From contig OX597816.1 in NCBI GenBank assembly GCA_951406725.2, forward strand, positions 154,008,001 to 154,072,000: 64,000 nucleotides of DNA. Reading direction: 5' to 3'. Positions within the stretch are counted from its first letter, which is position 1. Each line of letters starts with the position of its first letter. The notes under the pieces were generated by a model. That model was not told the DNA's origin. It saw nothing but the letters and a program-made list of their open reading frames with translations, and ran no database searches. Below, piece after piece: positions 1 through 11,395 of this stretch. The stretch comes from Octopus vulgaris (taxonomy: Eukaryota). The position numbers and the translations under genes were made by a program.

Positions 1-494
1 AGATATTTATCAAAATAGCAATATTTGGTGATGATTTTTGACTGACACATAAATATGGGCATTTATTAAGTTTGTTTAGTTATCTGGGCTCTTTTCCACT
101 TGTATAACCCTACCATTCTTTGTAACATTTCTGGGTGGTCTGTCTCTCTTGATGAAGTTCCACTTTATATTGAATGCAATAGCATGTCCTTTCAAATTCT
201 GGGTATTTGTTTTATAAAAACATACTTGTATGCATGTGCATGTGTGAAAATATATGTGCATGTCTTTGTAAGTGTTTGTGTGGGCATACACACACACAAA
301 CATTCTAACATGCTGGATTGGAAGACAGGAGAGCTTTTAAATTTTCCATTTACCAAAGCTATGTGGTGTTTATGCATATTTAAACTTGGTTTGTTACAGG
401 TGAATTTTACCTCACAGATTATCATGCACACATGCACATTTTGATATATATGCCTATATATGTATAGTATGTGTATATTTGTGGGATGAATAAT

Positions 495-885
495 AATCAT
501 CATCATTTTAACATCTACTTTACTATGTTTGCATGGTTCAGATGGAATTCATTGAGATAGATTTTATACAAACAGATGCCTTTCCTCATCTGTTTCCAAG
601 TAAGGTAATATTTCCCCCCTGCTTGAACATGTTTTCTCAGACAGCACTTGTATGGTAATAACACTTGCTTACAACTATCATGTGATCTGAAGACAAATAT
701 TTGCACACAAATACATATTTATAACAGGTTTCTTTTAGTTTTTATTTATCAAATCTACCCACAAGACTTTGGTCTGTCTGGGCTATAGTAGAAGACACTT
801 GAACACTTGTCCAATGTGCCACACAGTGGGACTGAACCTGAAACTATGTAGTTGAAAAACAAACTTTTTAACCACACAACCTTGT
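495..885 (-). mobile_element. SINE (tRNA-like head, RTE-type (GAT)n tail), decayed
   Basis: Same family recurs at about 2920-3310, 18350-19015, 19820-20230, 25300-25530, 26960-27360; shared ggttcagtcccact and catgcaagcat...gttaaaatgatgatg blocks. Confidence 0.75.
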
Positions 886-963
886 TGCACATGAACATGT
901 ACATTCATGTATACCAAATTTCCTGTATAACCACTCATGAACATACATGCGTGCACACATTAC

Positions 964-1267
964 TTAATTATTTCTACAGGGTTGATCAATCCTTTAGAAA
1001 TGGAAGATAAAAATCTCCTAAACATGAATGACATATTGTTTCAGAGAGGTAGACATCTCACCTCTTCAACACACAGCACTCCTCCCCAAATCCTTCACAG
1101 GCTTCAATGTAGTAGGTGGGTCAATATAGTACAATAATCTTTTCCTAAGTGATGATATGTGTTGAAGAGGTGAGATATCTACCTCTCTGAAACAATATGT
1201 CATTCAGGTTTAGGAGATTTTTATCTTCCATTTCTAGAGGATTGATCAACCCAGTAGAAGTAATTAA
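964..1267. repeat. Fold-back inverted repeat (about 115-bp arms, about 67-bp spacer), MITE-like
   Basis: 964-1080 is the near reverse complement of 1148-1267 with few mismatches. Confidence 0.9.
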
Positions 1268-1781
1268 ATCACCTTTAAAAGAAAAGAAAGGCTACATTAT
1301 ATAGTCCAAGATAACAAATAGTATGGCCACCAACTCTTTGATCATGGGCCTACTTTAACACATTTACCCAGGGTTAAACAACAACAACTTTCTTGAAAAG
1401 AAAATAGCTATATTGACATAGTGATTGTCAAACGATGTGAGTGGGGGAGGGTAGTCTTTGAATTTTCTAAACATAGTGTCAGAGGTGGGAGTTGGGTCTA
1501 TTGCTGGGGTATAGTGAGAGTGAGCTGTGGACTGGGGTTCATAAAGTAAATACATTAACCACCACCACACCAGCTTAGGTCACCCTTACTACTAACTACT
1601 ATCTCTGCCTTTGACAGAAATTCAAAGTGGCAGTAGTGGAACAATGGGAAGGGTACGGGGTGACAATGATAATGATGATTAACCTTATAACATTCTTCAA
1701 TCCATATGGGTGAGGTGGTAAGTAGATGTTACTAAATTTATTGACATTTTGTGCAAAATAGTGACATCTCCCTTCTCTCAC

Positions 1782-1782
1782 C

Positions 1783-1865
<83 letters not shown>
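1782..1865. repeat. (CT)n microsatellite
   Basis: Direct reading; source of the ERERER and SLSLSL ORFs. Confidence 0.98.
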
Positions 1866-1867
<2 letters not shown>

Positions 1868-2289
1868 CATAGTGTTTATTCACCAATACTTAAATTCACA
1901 AGTACACAACAAACATTAAATACATATAGTGCAATAAACACATATGAATATATATTCATATACATACATGCACAAATTGTAACTTGCCGTTAGTATAATA
2001 TATAGAAATACTATCTACATTGAATTTTACAGCTGATAGTATAAACATGATAAAGAAGTTGATGGTGTTGTTGCTGTAAACAGAAAGAAATCGTAAGACA
2101 TTACCAACCTCAAATATGGAAGCTAAAAATAATTGTCCCCTAAGTCCAAGAAAGGGGGTAAGAGAGCAAGATACTGGTTTCTTAGTATGAAGCAAATGAG
2201 AAATATCTCTCAGCCTCTGGTTATGACACCAGCTTGTCATAAGTAACATTCCCAAATGATCTGGTGCTTTACTTCTTGTTGATATCTTT

Positions 2290-2525
2290 GTAGACTGGTT
2301 TGTGGTATCCATGTGAACTGAGTTGATTGGGTGAGGTCAACAAGGTGGACACTGGTCATGTTAACTGGGTTGACTAGGCTGTGGCAACTGGGTTGACTAG
2401 TTAGTGGAAACTGAATGGAATGAGTTGTAGCAGCAGAGTGGACTGGATAATGGAAACTAGGTGACCTTGGTCATGTCATCCAGGCAGACTAGATTGACTG
2501 GGTTGTGACATCTGGGTGACCTGAG
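2290..2525. repeat. Degenerate minisatellite
   Basis: Repeated (a/g)actgggttgact(a/g)gg...gtg units of roughly 20 bp. Confidence 0.6.
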
Positions 2526-5156
2526 GTATGTAAATGAAATTATTCTGCTCAGAAACAATGAAATTCCATTAGCCAACTTGAAATGAAGCTAGATCATATA
2601 AGCTGGCAGTCTAGACTAATAAAACATCACAACACCCATTTAATCAATTCACTTTTATAGTGTCACAACACTATAACAATGAACTGTACCTATACATAGT
2701 GCCTGGTTTGCTTCTTTTTTTTTAAGACATTACAATCACAGACTGTTAACTAGGAAAGAGACAGTACAATTTGTTTAATATTCAGTCACATGTGTGCAAT
2801 ATAGTTTTGTGGCTGTTGTCAATTGAGATGGTGGTTATGGTGATACCATTTGTTTGCCCTCTGGGTAAATAAAATAAATACCAGTCAAATATTGGTGTTA
2901 ATTCAGTTGGCTGTATTATGTGCCATTGTAAAAAAATCTTTGTTATTGCCCTTGTTCACTTTCCAATCATGTGATTTCCAATTCTATCCTATGGCATGAC
3001 ATTTCAGGCAAATGTCTTCTACTATGACCACATGTTGGTCAAAACTTTGTAAGTGAATTTGGTTGTCAAAAACTGAAAGAAGTTTGGTGTGTGTCCATCT
3101 TTGTTTTGACATTACTCACTAGATATAAATGAGGTCCCATGTTTTTAATCTTTGATGAAAATATGTCTGGCTATGGGGAAATATTACCTGCTTGAAAACA
3201 GGTCAGGGTTGGTGACGGGGAAGACATCCAACCATATGAAATTAGCCTCAACCAATCCCATCTGACTCATGCAAGAGTGAAAAAGTGAATTTTAAAATAA
3301 TGCTAAGGATGATGTTAGCTAATCTTATATCTGTAGAGTTACTTGATTGACCCTAGATGGTGGTCCTTATCTTGGAACTTTGCTATACTTTGTGAACTTT
3401 CCATTTTATTTTAGTTGATTTCAGTGCAATCCCCTGTGCTTTCTGTAAACTATCCCTGAAATGCCTCCCCACTCCTTGTCCAACACCCTTTTGGCAATAA
3501 AAAGATTGATGACATATTTTCTGCAGTTTGCATGCAAGCTTGTACTGCACTTCTACAAGACCCATATGTTCCTAAGGTGTCTGCAGCATTGTCTTTTGGG
3601 AATGTGGAACTGTGTTTGTATACTACATCTGTTTTGATTATTTTGTAAGGTTTGTTTAGTATATCTGATGTTACTTTTAGTGTTCCATCTGCTTTTGTTG
3701 AAAACATGCTGAGTTGTGTTATTTTGATGGAAAGTAATTATGTAGACAATGTTGTAGTGGTGTGTGATATGTGTTATAGTGTCAGGTGTTGATTATGTAA
3801 GCATATGTGGTGTGATATTGTGTAGAAACGTGCTATGTGGATTATTTATTTACTGCTGGAATGTGCTTTAAAAAGTGCAGGGACTAGTTACCTTTTGGGT
3901 TGTCTTAGATCAAGATCTCTAAACAACTCTGTAATATAGCATCTCATTGTTTTGAAGTGGAACATTTTATTCTTTGTTGCCTCAGTTCACTTAGCTGTCA
4001 GTAATAGGTGCTAGATCATTTGAGAATGTTACCAATGATAGACTAGCTTCCTATCCACTTGGAAAAGTATTTCTCATTTCTTCACACCATAAAACTGGGG
4101 CTAAACTTCCAGCTCTTGCTCAAGCTGTTGAAATACCAATAATAAAACAAGTTGAAATGCTTGTTGCCTACTTCATCTTTATCACCCTATAGATCTTTGT
4201 CCAACCTGTAGCAGCATGGAAAAATGGATATTAAAACAATGAAGACTGTTGTTAAATAACCAGATCAACATATTACCTATTAGAAAACATAGTTAATTCT
4301 CAAAACAGTACTGCAACCTCTTATGTTTTTAATTATTCTGCATTGCAAATTGAATTACTTTTGTTTGAGAATGGACAGCATCTTCTATTTTTTGTAGGAT
4401 TTCAAAAGAAATTTCATTTTTCACTGGTGCTAGGAATATTAAACTACTATGCTTCCATTTAATTCTGTTCCTTTGTTAGAAAGAAAAAGAATACAGTTGT
4501 AATATATGTTGCAAATGATTTGTACATAATCAGTCTTTGTATTTCTACTTGTAACTATATTTATTCTTTGACTCTGCTCCTACTCCCATCCTATCTCTCA
4601 GTTGCAGTAGTCTGTAACTGAAACTACTTGTGAAAATAAATCAACAAATCTTTTTAGACATTCTTGCCAACACCACTAAATTCATTGATATTATTCAAAA
4701 TTTAACATGTTTTCCTTGGCATTGTACTATCATTTGTATCTCTACCATAGTTATAAATGCAAAATAGTAAGTCTACATTTTTATTTAATTATTTCTGGAT
4801 GCAAGAGAGATGCTTATGCCAGTTGATGCTGTGTGATTAGAATGCTGAGCAAAAGAAACATATGGGTTTGTTATTATCAGGTAGTCCAGGTCAGCTTAGC
4901 TCGAGTTTAACCAAAGTATTTAATCAACATATATCTATGTCTAGCCAGCTCACTTTTAATGTGAACTTGATGATTTAAAATTTAACACTTTAAAATAAGT
5001 GGTCTACATTTTAAAGATAGTAGGATGATTGTAGGGAAAGATTTGTGAGCTGATAGTCAAGTAACTATTTAAAAGCTCCTTTGCTGGCAAAACAGCTGCA
5101 GTTCAGGCAAACCAAAGATGTGATTTTTGAAAGCTAAACCTTGTAGTTAACTATAT

Positions 5157-6865
5157 CATCATCATCGTCATTTAACGTACATTTTCCATGCTAGCATGGG
5201 TTGGATGGTTCGACCGGGGTCTGGGGAGCCAGGAGGTCGCACCAGGCTCCAGTCTGATCTAGCAGTGTTTCTACAGTTGGGTGCCCTTCCTAACGCTAAC
5301 CACTCCGTGAGTGCAGTGGGTGCTTTTTATGTGCCACCGGCACAGGGGCCAGAGGAGGCTGGCAAATGGCCACGATTGGTTGGTGCTTTTACGTGTCACC
5401 GACACGTACGCCAGTCAGGCGGCGCTGGCATCTGCCACGTTCGGACGGTACTTCTTACGTGTCACCAGCACAGGTATCTTAACTACAATTTCCATTTGAT
5501 TTTTATTTTGATGTTGGTGTTGACGTACTTGACTCAATAGGTCTCCTCAAGAGCAGCGGGTCACTCTATGATCCAAGGTTGGCACAGCAGGCTGTCCTGC
5601 GAGCCATGAACTCACTTCATTTGTCAGGTCTTCACAGTCACAGCATATCTCAGAGGTTTCGGTCTTCGTCATTTCCTCTGTGAGGCCCTATGTGCCACTG
5701 GCATGGGTATCATAGCTACAATATCCATACGATTTTTATTTTGATGTTGATGAACTTGACACAATAGGTCTCTGCAAGCACAGCAGGCCACCTGCAAACC
5801 ATGAACTCACTTCATTTGTCGGGTCTTTGAAGTCACAGCATATCTCCAGAGGTCTCGGTCTTTCGTCATAGCCTCTGTGAGACTCAACATACGAAGGTCA
5901 TGCTTGACCACCTCGTCCCATGTTTTCCTGGGTCATGCTTGACCACCTCGTCCCATGTTTTCCTGGGTCATGCTTGACCACCTCGTCCCATGTTTTCCTG
6001 GGTCGGGAGTAGCACTTCTTCACACATCTCTCCTCATCCATCCATAGTACATGACCATACCAATGCAAATGTCTCTCCTGCGCGCTTACACTCTGTCATG
6101 CATGGACACTGACATTACACATCCAGCGGATCATGCTAATTTCATTTCTTTCGAGCCTACACACATGTCCTCCGCAGTCACAGCCCATGTTTCACTGCCG
6201 TAAAGCATGGCAGTTCGCACCTATGCGTCGTACAATCTACCTTTCACTCTGAGCGAGAGACCCTTTGTTGCCAGTAGGGGAAGAAGCTTTCTAAACTTTT
6301 CCCAAGCTATTTTTTCTTATTCTAGTGGTAACACTCTCTGAGCATCCACCCCCGCTACTAACTTGGTCACCTAAGTAACTGAAACTATCAACTATTTCTT
6401 GTTTCTCCCCAGGAGTGTAATGGAATATGTTTTCTAGGTATCAATGGTGTCTATTGCCCCTGTGCATCTGCCGCACACGAAAGCTATCTTCTCGGTTAAT
6501 TTTCCTTTGATGTTGCTGCACCTCTTATGTGTCCATAGCTTACACTGGGTACATCTTATGGAGTTTCTGCTGACACCTTTTCTACAGATTGAGCAGGGCC
6601 ACCTACCTGAAGGGGTGTGTGGTGAGTTTGCCTTCCTACTTACTAGAACTTTGGTCTTTGCTACATTGACTCTAAGGCTTTTTGATTCTAAACCTAGCTT
6701 CCACACATGAAATTTCTCTTCTAGTTCCAGTAGTGATTCTGCTATGAGGGCTAGGTCATCAGCATAGATGAGCTCCCAGGGGCAACCTGTCTTGAATTCC
6801 TCTGTTATTGCCTGGAGGACTATGATGAATAGAAGGGGACTGAGGGCTGAGCCTTGGTGGACGCC
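5157..6865 (-). mobile_element. 5'-truncated RTE-clade LINE (RT 3' half, PHD-like finger, 3' UTR, (GAT)n tail)
   Basis: GVHQGSALSPLLF...YADDL (YADD at 6755-6766), RVNVAKTKV, VKGRLYDA, RKTWDEVV; frameshifted; catcatc tail at 5157. Confidence 0.9.
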
Positions 6866-9524
6866 AAAGCTGTTCCACTCATGAGTACTTTATCCTTTTG
6901 AATATATTTATAAAGACATTGTCTAATATGGCCTTCGATTTAAAAAAAATTGTCTACTATTTCTAGCAGATTGAGCAACAACATAGAGGCTCCCTCATTG
7001 TTTTGTCTTAACTGTAGTTGATGGGGTAGGTAATTTGTAAATTCAAGCGAAATTCTGCTTTCACATGTTATTCTGCTTTTGCTTAACAGTGCACAACAAA
7101 CTGCAGATACTAAATATCACAGTTCACTTCACAGCAAAGTTACAAGTTTTATGATTTAACCATAAAATTTGAATAGAAATTATATATTATTTTTGTCTTG
7201 ATGACATAAATAAAAGATTGGAGTAAAGGGAAAAGGAGTGCTCAAATGATATAGTGAAAGATTGAATCAACTGGGACATTTTGTAAATGCTTTTTACTAT
7301 AATTCTCCTGAACTTTTGGTAGTATGTTGTCTTTATGTAACTTGAAATATTGTCATTTATGTTAGAGTTGTTAGGGGTTAGAACAGACAGCAACCATGAG
7401 CTTAATTCCTCACATACTTTGACAGTCCCTTTAAGATACACATCAGCATTAGTAGTCACTATAGTCACTAACTGATATAGTCACTCCACTTACAGTTATT
7501 CTTGCCTTCTCAACTTGAAAAAAATGAAATTTCCTTATACAAGATACTCTGTTTTTAACAAGTCTGCTTTGAATCGCATTCTGCTTAAAGTCACATTCTT
7601 TATAAACAATTTGGTGTTTAGTGTAAGCAGTCTTTCCTCTAAAGAGACTGAAAAAGTTTCCAGAAAAGAAAATATAGTCGGCATTAGATTAACATTGCTG
7701 ATGCCATAGCAAAATTCAAGTGGTTTTGGTATGAAAGTTTGGTACTGATTTAATCAGTCAGTTGCTAAACATTGGCTGTGAACCACTACTTTTTCCTGTT
7801 GTTATTGTGTCTACATAAGAGAAAATAAGCTAACTTTGAGTAACTTTTCTATAAAAGCTTCAAATATTTCCATTAACTTTTTTTTTTTCTGCTTCTTGCT
7901 TAGCACTTCTGTGTAATGGCACCTTTATATGACTCCTACTACTGTAAAAGAGAATTATAGAATATAATAATCCTTTCATAAAGGCCAGTGCTTAACTCTG
8001 TTTTCTTAAGCAGTAAGTAAATATGACACAAATCTACTCTTGAATAGAATGCTAGTCTTTTGCAACTGTAAGAAAACCAGAAATATATAATAGAACAGTT
8101 TGATATTTAATACCACATTCTATTGTACAACATAATGAGAAAGATAATATTACAGATGAGTGAATTGGAATACCTGAGTGAAGATGGCAGAAGACCAGAT
8201 GGGTGGGGGTGGGTTTCAATATTTTCTGCCCTGAAGAAACGGGCTAGTTTTTGGGATCCTATACTAGCTATGTTAAGGGCATGTTTTTACCAGAAATGAT
8301 CCTAGGTGATAGTGAGGCCTCTAGTTGCATGCTGCTTATGTTTAGTGGAGTAATATATATATATATATTTGGAACACACATAAAGCACTTAGGGTTATCA
8401 GTCCACATTCAGGTGGAAATACTCTGGCTGGGTTGGGCCAGAGCACCACCACAATTCTGATCTTCCACCATTCGTCATACTGAGTTCTGGTACAAGATCT
8501 CGTGAATATTTTCTCTGAGGTAGGTAGCTTTGGAATATCCCATGCTTAGGTTCTCTTTCTTTCATAATATACTCATGAACCCATAGTGAACACTTTACTA
8601 ACACAATGCCATTTGCATGTTTAAAAGAGCCTTCAGAAAATATTTTATCTAGAAATTCACAAAATGACTTGATGTGTGTGTGCGTGTGCATAGTTTTCAT
8701 AAGCCTTCTCATACATTTTCATCACCTTTTGTTGGAATTCACATTTTCTTTTAAGGTTTTCCTTCTCTTTTTACCTCTTATAATTTCAGTAATGTTTTTT
8801 TTCTTCTTCTCCTTGCTTCTTTTGCATCTCCTTGCTCATTGTAAGAAAATGGAGTGGTGCTTCAGTCAAAAAATAGGGTACCTGCTCACTTGTTTCCAGG
8901 ACCAGGTAAAAGATGACCTCCATTTCCAAAGTTGTAACTGATGGAAACTGAGTCTCCTGTTGATCTTCAGACTCAGCTGCTCATCACTGTTTACTTCTCT
9001 TTTCTGCTTTCCTAATCTTTCCAGTTCTTCAAAATAAAAGACCCTTGAGTAGTTTTTACTTACATAACAACTAAGTCTTTTGTCCCACACCATCAGTTTC
9101 ATACCCTTTATCTTGGCACCCTTAACTTCATATTGCTCTAGTGTGGCCTTGTGGCCTTCAGAAGTCATTAAGACTTGCATATCCATCTTGACTGTCTCCT
9201 GACCACATGTCACCCCTGTGCCAACCACCTACACATACTATGATACAAAGGTGATGACTAGCCACAGATTCATACCATTTCCAGCAGCCTTGATCATCAC
9301 TCTTGTATTTTACCAGCTCGGAATATTGAAGCACATGTGTACAGACAGAAGTATGTCTGACTATTTCAACCTGTGCTTTGGCAGTTTTCCATCCTGAAAG
9401 TATGGCAGACAGTACCATAAGCCTTAACCTGCTTATTCAATGGAATATCTTCCAGTATTTTGTATAATGCTTCTTCTGACTATTGTTTTGAAAGATGATG
9501 ATGGTGATGATGATAATGATAATA

Positions 9525-10005
9525 ATAATATCGGCACAAGACCAGCAATTTCAGGGGAGGGGTTAAGTCAATTAAATTGACCCCAGTGCTCAACTGGTGC
9601 TTATTTTATCCAAAAGGATCAAAGGCAAAGTTGACCTCAGCAGAATTTTGATAATAATAATAAAAGTCCTTTCTACTAAAGGCACAAGGCCTGAAATTTG
9701 GGAGGAGGGGACGTCAATTATATCGACCCCAAAAGGATGAAAGGCAAAGTCAACCTCAGTGGAATTTGAACTCAGGTTGTAAAGATGGACGAAATACCTC
9801 TAAGAATTTTGCCCAGTATGCTAATGATTCTGCCAGATTACCACCTTATTATAAAAATGATGATGATGGTTTTAACATAGGTATAAAGCTTGAAGTTTGG
9901 AGGAACGGGATTAGTCAATGAAATCAGCCTCTGGACTGAATTTACACTTTACTTTATCAATCCCAAAAGGATGAAAGATAACGCTGACCTCAGTAAAGTT
10001 TGATG
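9525..10005 (-). mobile_element. Three adjacent tRNA-derived SINE copies/fragments
   Basis: Repeated ggcacaagg...gacccc...aaaggatgaaaggcaaagtcaacctc...ggaatttgaactcag (B-box-like on minus). Confidence 0.8.
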
Positions 10006-10019
10006 ATGATGACACTGAC

Positions 10020-10575
10020 AATGAATTCTTGTCTTTGCCACAAGAGTATCAGATGGAAAGGATAATTCAAAGACATTATGTAATGTGTGGTGTTTAACAG
10101 AGAAATCAAATGAGAAAAATAAAGGTACACATACTATACAAATAGCTGATGACGCCATCCTTCTTATTGAGGAGAACCTCTAATTATGATTAATCAAAGA
10201 ACCCCACAAATCCAAGACAACCCTGACCACCAAAGCAAGTGGTCTCTCCCAAATGTCATCTAACATTCTAAGATTAGATCCAGTGTCATCACTCACCTTC
10301 CTTTCAGTAAATTTATTGGAGGAAAACACCTCTCTTTCCACCTACCACTTTCCTTTCTGAATGGAACTTGAAAAAGTCAGTGAAAATGTCTATCTTCAAT
10401 CCTTTCAAACTCATTTGCCCCACAACCTCTTTTGCCACAAGACAGAGGAAAACTGCTTGCATTTTCCAGCTAAAAGAGGGTGGAAGAGTGCTCTTCACAA
10501 TGAACAGACAACAGCTGCTAAACATAATTCTGCAAGTCAGAAATACCAGGACACTGAACAAGTGCACATAGAACA
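10020..10575 (+). pseudogene. Decayed L1/Tx1-like RT remnant
   Basis: IADDAILL near 10141 (YADD-like) and RQRKTACIFQLKEGG resembling the post-RT 'L..P...GG' block; heavily deleted. Confidence 0.35.
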
Positions 10576-11004
10576 GTAATAATGTTTTCTTACATAGGCA
10601 CAAGGCATCAAATTTGGGGAAGGGAACAGTTTATTGTATTCAACCCAGTACTTGGCTAGCTCTTTATTTTATCATACTTAGAAATTTTAAAAGCAAATTT
10701 ACTGTAGTAGTAGTAGTAGTGGTAGTGTTGGTGCCTACACCACCAGAAATTTGGTGGAGGTGAGGAATTGCTTATATTGATCTTAATGAGATCTGAACTC
10801 AGAACATTGAAAGGCATTATTTAGGCATGTTTCTGGCTCAAAACCACAAATTTGTAGTGGTGGGCTATAGCCAATAGTATCGATTTTTGTTTATTATTGG
10901 TTCTTATTTCATATCAACATACCCCAGGAGGAATTAAATATAAAATTAGCACCAATGAATTGAGAAATGAAATCAAAATACAGGTTGGTATGTAATAATA
11001 ATAT

Positions 11005-11395
11005 CCTTTCTACCATATAAGCACAAGGCCTGAAATTTTAGGAAAGTGAGTAATCGATTACATCTACCCTAGTGCTCCAGTGATACTTATTTCATTAACC
11101 CTGAAAAGATGAAAGGCTAAGGTCAACCTGGGTGGAATTTGAACTCAGAACGAAAAACCAGAAGAAATGCCACTAAGCATTTTGTCCAGCATGCTAGCAA
11201 TCCTGCTGACTATTTTGAGGGTGGCGAGCAAGTCAATACCTTTGGCTTCAGTATTTGACTGGTACTTTATTTTAATTGACTCAGGGTGTATGAGAGGCAA
11301 AAGTTGACCTCAGTGGGATTTGAATTAAGACATATAGAGCCAAAGTAAATACCACAAGGCATTTTATCCTGTGCCCTAACAATTCTGCCAGTCCT
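11005..11395 (-). mobile_element. Two tandem SINE copies (same family as 9525-10005)
   Basis: gcacaaggcctgaaattt...gatgaaaggc...ggaatttgaactcagaac...tgctagcaatcctgc, then a second core. Confidence 0.8.

Noticed and set aside
1599-1993. ERERER / SLSLSL ORFs
   Set aside because: Translation of a (CT)n microsatellite
3360-3950. Possible Penelope ORF remnant on minus
   Set aside because: No diagnostic RT or GIY-YIG motif readable
5896-6000. 35-bp repeats of CRISPR-like length
   Set aside because: No spacers, inside a LINE ORF, eukaryotic context, no cas genes
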